From Octopus sinensis (Eukaryota): a DNA stretch of 64,000 nucleotides. The stretch is from contig NC_043005.1 in NCBI RefSeq assembly GCF_006345805.1, forward strand, positions 25,792,001 to 25,856,000. The letters are read 5' to 3'. Shown piece after piece: positions 54,401 to 64,000 of this stretch (positions are counted from its first letter, which is position 1; every line of letters starts with the position of its first letter). The position numbers and the translations under genes were made by a program. The notes below the pieces were generated by a model, which was not told where the DNA came from, made no database searches, and was given only the letters and a program-made list of their open reading frames with translations.

Positions 54401-54800
54401 AGGCAGCGACCTGGCAGAATCGTTAGCACGCCAGGCGTTATGCTTAGCGGTATTTCGTCTGCCGCTACGTTCTGAGTTCAAATTCCGTCGAGGTCGACTT
54501 TGCCTTTCATCCTTTCGGGGTCTCTTAAATAAGTACCAGTTACGCACTGGGGTCGATATAATCGACTTAATCCGTTTGTCTGCCCTTGTTTGTCCTCTCT
54601 GTGTTTAGCCCCTTGTGGGTAGTAAAGAAATAGGTATTTCGTCTGTCTTTACGTTCTGAGTTCAAATTCCGTCAAGGTCGACTTTGCCTTTCATCCTTTC
54701 GGTTTCGATAAATTAAGTACCAGTTGCGTACTGGGGTCGCTTAATTGATTGCCGCCCCCACTCCCTGAATATTTCCGGCCTTGTGCCTAGATTAGAAAAG
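54401..54800 (+). mobile_element. SINE family B with internal tandem duplication
   Basis: Same structure as 4961-5348. Confidence 0.85.
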
Positions 54801-55467
54801 AGTATTATGTTGCTAAAGAATTATTCATTGTCTTTCATAGAAACTACTCTCCTGCAATAAAAACAGACAATGCCCTCGGTACTGAATACTTGCTAACACA
54901 AGGAATGTCGATGTAACATTAATATTAGCTCTTCTATGAAGAATTAATATTAAGTAGCAGGTCTGATGTATTTGATTGCGGTATGAGGGAAGAAAAATCA
55001 TGTACCGTCACGGAGATCAAATTACCTGCAGGTGTGAAGATTTGTTCCAAAATCAATAAACAGGAGAATATTTATGAACACCTTCTTCGAAACTGTATAT
55101 TTCGAAGAAGGTATTCATAAATATTCTACCTGGTTTTAGAATCTCATTTGTATAAATAACTATTGGTGCTTTCGACTATGTTAGTAAACGCCAAAATGAT
55201 GATCTCGGAAAGTTGGCAATTCTAAAGAAAGTTGATCAGTTATTATGCAACTTACAAACAGAGACTGTGACCAGAATAAAAAAAGTATGCAAGAAATTTT
55301 CTAAAGTTCAACACCTAACATCCAATATCTTTTTTCTCGGCAAGTAGATCCTTTGCAGGAAAAAATCAAATAATCAAAAAAAAAAACAGGAAAGAAAATA
55401 TATACATACATCAATAGGTAGATACAGAGGTACATAAATATATACATAAATACATTTATTTATACTA

Positions 55468-55622
55468 AAGGCATCACTACACGTAAATGCCTCACGCTAT
55501 TAGGGACACTTAAAGTCAAACCTACCATAATAAATACACAGGATACACTGTGTATTTATTATGGTAGGTTTGACTTTAAGAGTCCCTAATAGTGTGAGGC
55601 ATTTACGTGTAGGAATGGCCTT
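55468..55622. repeat. Near-perfect ~155-bp palindrome (MITE-like)
   Basis: About 70-bp arms, ...CCTACCATAATAAATACACAG-GATACA-CTGTGTATTTATTATGGTAGG..., with a 6-nt loop. Confidence 0.9.
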
Positions 55623-55789
55623 AAAATGAATAAATAAATATATTTAAAGGGAATAATTATAAATTTTTCACGCTGACTACTTGACAATTTTTTATAAAGA
55701 TTTTATCCTATTTTAAAAAACATACATAAATATATACGTATATAGGTGTGTGTATGTGTGTATATGTGAGCATATTGTGGGTGTGTCAT

Positions 55790-56065
55790 TTATCGATCCT
55801 TCGACACTGTTGAACAACGAATACCAACCGATCAGGATTCAGGGTACGGGTAGCGCTAATCATCCTTTCGATCGCTGAGTACAAAACCTATCTCGCAATT
55901 CATCAGTTTGGGTCATCCCACCCCTTGTAGGCCAATCCATCGCAAAGTTACCAATATCTAGATGAGGGAACTGGGGCAATGTGGAAGTGTTTCGCTCAAG
56001 AATCCACATCTGCTTTGGGAATGGTAACCACGATCTCGCGGTCGTGAAAGCAACACTACCCCACA
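55790..56065 (-). mobile_element. Decayed V-domain-like tRNA SINE
   Basis: Minus strand TTTGCGATGGATTGGCCTACAAGGGG resembles the V-SINE domain; tRNA-like head. Confidence 0.5.
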
Positions 56066-56732
56066 CATGTGTGTGTAGGTGTGTATGGATTTGTGACTGT
56101 GTTAATGCATGTGCGTACTGAAGGCCACGGTATTTCTCAAGCAACATGGCAAAAGTGTGAATATAACGTCTTTGCACGTTAATGCCGTTAAATGTAATTC
56201 AGAATAGTGTGGCAGAAAATAAGTTTTTAGATGTTCTTATAGATTTTAATGCTAAGCCGTAATTTTAGAGTCAAAAGAAAGAAAGAAAAAGACAGACAGA
56301 CAAATAGATAGATACTCAAAATAATCTGAATTTACTTGAACTGAGCATTACTCATTGGTGTGCGGACATTGTTTAGGCAAACGCATTCCGATTCTAGATC
56401 CATCATCAGATTAGTTATAAGTGTGTGTGTTCGTGTAGTCGGAGTCTCTCAACAATTTTACAATAAGAAGGTAGTCAGAATGTCGGATGATTATATATAT
56501 ATATATATATTTTATTTACATTTTATTCACATTTTTAGCGCTTTCTTCCGTTATCTAACTTTGAAGCAATTTTTGATAAATCCGATAACGGAAAAAAGCG
56601 TTAAAAATTTTAATGAAATGTAAATAAGAAATATATATAATCATCCAACATCCTGACTACCTTATTATAATATATATATATACACATACATACAAACGTA
56701 TATATCTATATATTTATATGGATATACGTATA

Positions 56733-57135
56733 TACTCTTTACTCATTTACTCTTTTACTTGTTTCAGTCGTTTGACTGCGGCCATGCTGGAGCACCGCCT
56801 TTAGTCGAGGAAATAGACCCCCAGGACTTATTCTTTGTAGGCCTAGTATTTATTCTATCGATCTCTTTTGCCGAGCCACTAAGTTAAGGGGACGTAAACA
56901 CACCAGCATCTGTTGTCAAGCGACGTTGGGGGATAAACAAACACACATACACACATACATATACATATCTACGACAGGCTTCTTTCAGTTTCCGTCTACC
57001 AAATCCACTCACAAGGATTTGGTCAGCGCGAAGCTATAGTAGAAGATACTTGCTCAAAGTGCCACGCAGTGGGACTGGACCCGGAACCATGTGGTCGGTA
57101 AGCAAGCTACTTACCACACGGCCAGTCCTGCACGT
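56733..57135 (-). mobile_element. SINE family A, full length
   Basis: Consensus with GAGTAAAA tail repeats. Confidence 0.9.
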
Positions 57136-57265
57136 ATTCATCGATCTTCCGTACCCTCAGCCCCGATCGGTTCGTATTTATAATGATTAAATGTTCGAGA
57201 TATGGAATGTTATGTGGATGAGCTTATATTTGTTTGTTCTGAAACCATAGTTTAATATATATATG

Positions 57266-57335
<70 letters not shown>

Positions 57336-58063
57336 CCGTCAAATTTCAATGTTCTCCTTGTAGTTAATTGTAGGTTTGAATATTTTGTTCTCTGCATGTT
57401 TACGTTTTATTGTCTGCAAACATCATTTTAATTGTTCGCCGGTGAGAATACAGTTCCTAGAAAGGCTAGAGATATTTCAAGGATTGCTTTGGTCCGGCGG
57501 TAGAAGGTCTGTCATGTTTACAGGTTATGTGGATTCGAGTCACAAGGAGTATCCCTTCGATGTTTTCAGACCAAAAGAGCTTTTACAACTCAAAATTTAC
57601 ATGATCCTATTTTATGTAACGTGTTAAGAGAGACTATATCCAAACCAAAAATTGTCCATATATATAAAATGGATCTTTGACTAACTTCCTCAATAGCAAT
57701 CATGAGAAGCTACGATTCACAAACCCAGAAAGAATACGTCTAATCAGAAAATAGTGCCTACAAGCTGTCAAATGTACATTAAAACATGTAAAAGATTCAT
57801 GAATTTCAGCATACCGTAATATCTACATAAACATTGCCATCCATGTTCTCGCGCATGCGTATATGTACGTATGAAAATTTAATAGCATACGTTTGTGATG
57901 GCATCCTTGTTTGTATGCATGTGTCTATGCGTGCAAGGAAATATTCAATGCATGAGTCTTGCTTCAGAGGTTATAAATGAAATTTCTTTTATGATAAAAC
58001 TAACAACGAACATACAGACAACATATGTACAATCATTCAAAGATGCATTCATACACACACACA

Positions 58064-58106
<43 letters not shown>

Positions 58107-58692
58107 GTAAAATAATATGTGACAATTATTCAATAGCCAAATTAAAACTCTGAGTTTCGGATGCCGAGGTGGAAATCAACAACACCATCTTTTCGGTTAT
58201 CTATTTCCTCTATTTACATAATATTGAGGTCTCTTTCTTTCTTTTGTTATCTTACCGTTTTTACCAATATATATATATACTTGTATATAAATGCTCACTT
58301 ATACATGCATACGAAATAATCGGGAAATGCTAAAGTTTTCAGCTTAATAAATTATACTATATAATATGTATTATATGGTCAAACTATACACAGTAAAAAT
58401 ACTAATGTCATTACAAATATCCAACATATAGCCCTTTTGCTGGGGATGAGAAATTTCCTTAGTGAGAGCTTTGTTCCCTAGTCTGAGCTTAACCTATTTT
58501 TATGGGCAAAATTCAAAGTCTTTCTTGAATAAATTCAAAGAACAGAAAAAGATACGTAAGTGTATCAGCCATTATAAAAACAAACGTTCATATATTTCGT
58601 ATCTTTTGACAGAACAGTCTTTTCTTTGGAAAGAAAGCGCATGAAGACCGTTGTAGAATAAATGTTTAATAAAACAGTAATATAGTGCTTAC

Positions 58693-58759
58693 CATAAAAT
58701 GTGTTAAAGACACGAAGGATTTTGTTCTTTTGGAAATCGGAAAGTTGTTGGTTTGACAT
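58693..58759 (-). CDS. cex: Calexcitin, first coding exon (MSNQQLSDFQKNKILRVFNTFY + 1 nt)
   Basis: Nearly identical to the squid calexcitin N-terminus as recalled (MAAHQLSDFQRNKILRVFNTFY). ATG at 58759, followed by a G|GTAAGC donor at 58692 (phase 1). An upstream acceptor (TTATTTTTATCCTACAG, ending at 58815) makes the whole exon 58693-58814 including 5'UTR. Confidence 0.95.
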
Positions 58760-59374
58760 GTTGCTTTGTTACTTGGTAATGTTTCCTTAACGGAGAAGAA
58801 TACACCAAAGATTTCTGTAGGATAAAAATAAGATAAACAATAGATAAATGCATGACTCTTCAAAAGAAAAAAAGAAAATAGCTACATATATAGATAAATA
58901 TATTCACGTGTGTGTATGCATATGTATGCGTGTTCATCTGGATAATTATATATATATATATATGTATGTATGTATTTGTGTGAGTGCGTATGTATTTGTA
59001 TATATTTGTGTGTATGTGAAAAAAACAGGGAAATACTAGCATACAGATTAGTGAGAGATATACATATATAACGATAGATTGACAGGCGCACATAAAGATG
59101 CTGAAATGATGTCGACACTAAATATATTCGATCTTTGAAGTAAATGTGTAAGTCACACACATACGCACGTACACATAACGGTTTGGACAGCATAGCACCA
59201 ACAGTGTCTCTTTATTGTAATAGCTAATGTATGGTTACGCTTCCATTCTGCTTCTTTGCATGGTGAGCACAAGATGGATGGTTTATGGGTTTTGTAGCTG
59301 TGTTGTTTTCACCAAATCTTACGAAAGTATATGTAAATGAGGCCGTTGAACCTCGTAACATGTTCGTCACTCAC

Positions 59375-59422
59375 CACAGCAGACCAACAATCAACTTTAT
59401 GCCACAAAATTTCTTTTATATA
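59375..59422 (-). promoter_or_regulatory. Candidate TATA promoter and short non-coding first exon of calexcitin
   Basis: Minus strand reads TATATAAAAG (59422-59413), then about 25 nt later AAAGTTGATTGTTGGTCTGCTGTG|GTGAGT (donor at 59374). The first coding exon starts with an acceptor, so an upstream exon must exist somewhere. Confidence 0.3.
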
Positions 59423-60299
59423 TGCATACTCTATCGCTTCTTAATAAAAATAGATTGTAAAAAAAAAACATTAAACCTTTCCGCTTGTTCTGCTCAAGTC
59501 ACCTCACGGTGCACCAGATCTCCATCTCTCCATCATCTTCAGTGTGTGTTACCCTATACACGGTGCGCTAAAACCTTCTTACCCATTCTTCCGTAGCACA
59601 TCTGTCCTCTAAATGTTTTACTTCTACTCCACATACGTTCCTTCAAATATTCTGATTTAACTATGACTCTTTGGTCACGAATGTGTTACAGACACCAATA
59701 AGGGAACTCTAGCTTTGCTAATAATTTAGTCAGGTGGGAAAGCGCAATGTCCGTGTCCAAGTTGTTATTCACGGCCTCTGAAACTGGTGGGGAAGAAGCG
59801 AGAATATCAACTCCACTTCGAATAGCTCATAAATAAACCCGCTAAGGTCCGAAGGAAATTATTAAAGGGTGGGGCATTGCTATACCAAGATGTAATTAAA
59901 TATGCTTCTAAAATAAAATTCCTGCAGCTGGATATTTCACTTTGGTAATAAATTCCATGAACAAATTTATCAGTTACGTGTATAATGCTTAATTTATTAG
60001 ACACTCTCTGGTATATTAGGTAACATGACCTCCTAATAATTATGTTCTTTTTGTATTTCCCAAGTTAACATTTGTAATGTTTAATATACTTCAAAGGAAA
60101 ATATTTAAACCATTGATTATTAAACTGTTCATGTGCGGTAGTAAATCTCCATCTGATGCTGGATAGCTGACAAATTATTTAAAAACAACTGCCATACTTA
60201 TGGCGGTAGCGGTAAATTGTCGCCATTTTATATTTTTTAATTTTGCTCATGCACATTGTTTTTTTGTTTTTATTTTGTCGGCTACACAGTATAGTAGGG

Positions 60300-60655
60300 T
60301 CTCCTGGGCACCATCTGTATGATAAATAGCCCCATTACGCAATTCGCTCTGACAGAAATTTGGAAACGATATACTGTACTGCTTGACTGTATTGCGCCGG
60401 AAGCTCTAACGCAAACATTTCAGAGTGTTTTGGTGTCAGTCTGAGGATAGTGCAATCTGAAGACATATACCAAGAGTGATAAAAATCAAACATCCAGTCA
60501 ATATCATGGTGGCTGGATTGATCATTACTGATGGCGATGTTTTGCCTCCATTCATCTTCCCACATGGCCTCAGACTCAACACGGAGGCCTTTATAAAATG
60601 GCTGGAGGAGGTAGAGCTGCCCTGGGTCAAGAGGGCAGCCAGACGGAGGAAATAT
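60300..60655 (+). mobile_element. maT/DD37D (Tc1-mariner superfamily) transposase relic, internally deleted
   Basis: N-terminal HTH-like AGSSNANISECFGVSLRIVQ joined to IPRVIKIKHPVNIMVAGLIITDGDVLPPFIFPHGLRLNTEAFIKWLEEVELPWVKR (cf. KFPATVMVFGVVSSEG.VMPP..F..GL.VN). Confidence 0.75.
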
Positions 60656-62307
60656 CTTCATTTATATAGAGGATCAAAAATAAAATCACAAATGGCAAAA
60701 ACAGAAACGAACACGCAATCCGGCGAGAAATGTATATATATTTGGTGGGGTTTTGGTCATATCTGCACATGGGTATCTCCATTTGGAATGATCATCTCCA
60801 AGGAAGAATCCGGGGCAAATTTTTCTAGTGAAAACTAACTATTATCCATTCGTGGCAATCTCCGTTTTCCCATATCAACAATGGTTTTCAGTGGTTTTAC
60901 CATCAGTGTATAAAAAAACAACAGGAGATCCCACAAAACATTGTTTACAATTCCGACCTTTCCGCTAAGGTACCCCGCTGAATTAGTTCTTCGTTATCGT
61001 CCCTCAATGACTGAAGGGTGAAGCTGATTACAGTAGGATTTGCGCTCATTCTAATCAATGCAATTCTGTTATCTATGCTCTTCGTGCATTGTTGTCGAAT
61101 ATAACACGCAGGATTGCCTTTTATATCTGGTCTTGTCCGGTTTGGTCTGGCCACTTGTGATGTGCTCGGTTCGTACGTGTTTGATGAGATCTATCGGGAC
61201 ACAGACTTCTTTTCATAACACAGGTCTAGCATGGAGCGCCATATTTACCGCAAACAGGGCCACACATCCAAAGGCAAAGATTTTAGACCATATGGTCAAC
61301 CTTACTCTTTGCTCTTGGATAATAAGAACGCTGGTACAAAACCAGTAATTCTTCATGCATAATTACATTCAAATTACTTTTGGGTAAATATATTCTTAAC
61401 GTAACAGCCTGCTAAATGTCCAGTGGGTTGAGTACTGATCACTTCTCTTTTCTTTTCTGCAGCGCAGGAATCAAAAAGCAATCCACATGCATACATACAT
61501 ACGTACGTACATACATACATACGTACATACATACATACATACATACATACATGCATACATACATACATGCATACATACATGCATACATACATACATACAT
61601 ACATGCATACATACATACATACATACATGCATACATACATGCTTGCATGCTTACAGACAGGCATATATATATATGTGTGTGCGCGCGTGTGTGTAAGGAT
61701 ATATGTGTATATATGTATACATACATATATATGTGTATATATATATACACACATATATATATACACAAATATATATATACACATTTATGTATATATACAT
61801 ATATATGTATATGTATATATATATACATACATATAGGTATATATACATATATATACATATATATATATATATATGCATATATATGTATATACATATATAT
61901 ATACATTCATATATATGTCTATATACATTTATATATCTGTATATGTATGTATATATGTATGTATGCATGTATTTAAACGAACACTTGTTAGGAAAGTGCG
62001 CAGCAAAAGAGAAACCTAGTTTCTACTTCATAAAATGGTGTTTCTCTTTTTTCTCCTTCATTGAAAATTTTGAAGCTAATGGAGATTCTTTGTGATGCTA
62101 ATTCCTACACGACAGCTTCTGCAATTTATCACCAACATCAGTAAAATGTTTGGCATTTTAGAGACCGTAATAACCATAAAAAATACTCTACACTCCCTGA
62201 ATAATTCCTGTCCTCCATTATCTCCCCTACATTCTTCCTCGCCTATTTTTCCATTTCTCCCGTGTTGCTGTTTGCATGTACATAGATAGGGACACATATA
62301 CGTATAC

Positions 62308-62352
<45 letters not shown>

Positions 62353-64000
62353 CATATAGGTATGTATGCATATATACATACAGACACATACATGTAAAGA
62401 GAATACTTGCGTACATGCATACGTATGTGTGTGAGTGTGTGTGTGGGTCGAGAGAGAAAGAGAGATAGAGAGTGTTTGTGTGTAGAAACGCGGTATGGTC
62501 GAATGATTAAGAAGTTCGTGTTGCAATCACGAGGTCAAAGTTTCGATTCCGTTGCCTGACATCTTTGAGAAGTGTTTCTTATCATAACCTCAGTCTGACC
62601 AGAGCCTTCTCAGAGAAATTGAGGTTGATGGAAGCTGAACGGTGGCATTTTTGAAGGGTTTACTCTTGCAGTTTCAAAGTCCCAGTGTCGCGATGAAGGG
62701 TCCGATAACTCTACGTCTACACTTCTCTGTAAAAAAATATCAACCACACACACTATTATAAGACGTGTGTTCGGTGTATTTGACCGACTGAATGCTCATC
62801 GTCGAAACCGACGAGGAACCATAAATGGATGTATACGTGTGTGTGTGGTTTGAGAGTATGTGTAGTTATAAATATACAAAACGTTTGCATCTGTGTGTTT
62901 GTGTGTATGTGTGTGTGTTTGTGTGCATGTGTGTATGTGTGTGTTTGTGCGTGTGCATGTTAGTGTGTGATTTTGTGTGTGTATGTTTGTGTGTTTGAGT
63001 GTGTGTATGTTTGTGTGTTTGTGTATGTGTGTTTGTGTGGGTGTGCAAGTGGGGGAGTGTTTGTGAGTGTATGTGTGGATGTGTTTGTATATTAGCTGGA
63101 TTTTACTCAAAAGGAATGTGTTAATCTTTAAGTAAGCGAAAGAACTCATACAAAGATTATTCTAGAAAAAATTGAAGAACAGAATTTATAAAGAGAACAT
63201 CTTGCAGATTGTCCTTCTTTGAGATGCTTTAGAATGAGCAATTTCACTTAATAGTTCTCGAATGTCCCAGAGGAACAAGCTTGGCTATTGAAATCTTCCC
63301 AATAAGAATTGTTTCATTATATATTGGGAATATGGCAATTAAAATAGAGAAAATTAGCCAAATTTGAAGGAGAATTTAACGACTGTTTTTGTTTTCTGGG
63401 ACGAATGTAATTTAATTTTATGAAATTAATAGCGGAAGTTATATTCACGTTCGAGTGTAACGGAACTTGTTACAAAGGTTATACGTCGTTACCATTACTG
63501 TTGACTGCATAACTAATTAATGTCAGGGTGACAGGCCTTAACATGATCCAGGAAATTTGTTTTTATACTAGCTTCTGTAAATAGAAACATATATTCACAT
63601 TTCGCTCCAAAGGATCATGTCCTATCTATCACTGAGAAGGCGCCACTATGCCGAAACACTGATGTCTGACGGTTTATTGACGTAAAGCGTTCTCAGAGAT
63701 GAAATCCAATGGCAACAGACGTGTTTACCCTCAAGTTTGCCGGAACATAAATTATACATATGCATCGTGGATTCGTTTCTTGCTGTTTTGCTTTTAATCT
63801 TTCAGTACTACTACTACTAATAAAGACCAAATCTTACTGCAGCACACACAGTTATATACGTATAGATAACGCTTGGGTTTCTGCTGGAACTTTAGTCACG
63901 TTAGCTTATATTGTGCACATCAGTTACACAACAAATTCAATAATTTCAAATACATTATTTATTGAGATGATAGATCTATCATTACACTTAAATGATTAGG

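Noticed and set aside
55820-55910. Minus-strand CTGATGA...CGAAAG hammerhead-like motif
   Set aside because: The triplet would be CUG (not NUH), there is no stem I, and it lies in a SINE tail.
56375-56412. Minus-strand CTGATGATGGATCTAGAATCGGAATGCGTT
   Set aside because: GAAA is broken and stem I is absent; at best a decayed Penelope relic.
60945-61348. Non-repetitive ORFs upstream of calexcitin
   Set aside because: Short, with no recognisable motif or splice signals; likely old TE debris.

Overview
AT-rich, microsatellite- and SINE-dense eukaryotic DNA. The repeat families and the gene sequence point to an octopus or other coleoid cephalopod (inference). One protein-coding gene is well supported: calexcitin (EF-hand, sarcoplasmic Ca-binding protein family) on the minus strand. 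Three coding exons (58693-58759, 19845-19897, 3639-3749) splice in frame to MSNQQLSDFQKNKILRVFNTFYDCNHDGVIEWDDFELAIKKICDLHSWPTDGPKHNEARETLKLIWDGLRKFADENE. The introns are 38.8 kb and 16.1 kb, and the rest of the gene lies beyond the left edge. The introns hold tRNA-derived SINEs, decayed LINEs (RTE, CR1/L2, R4/Dong), mariner/maT and Helitron relics, MITEs and long foldbacks. Three things stand out. (1) A series of type I hammerhead-ribozyme-like motifs, probably of Penelope origin; the one at 1163-1222 has a complete catalytic core in the sense orientation of the calexcitin pre-mRNA. (2) A candidate antisense nested gene or pseudogene in intron 1, encoding a signal peptide plus an Ly6/three-finger-like Cys pattern (38709-38975). 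(3) Several long intronic inverted repeats that would form dsRNA. Almost all other ORFs in the track are microsatellite translations. All alignments and folds were done by eye.
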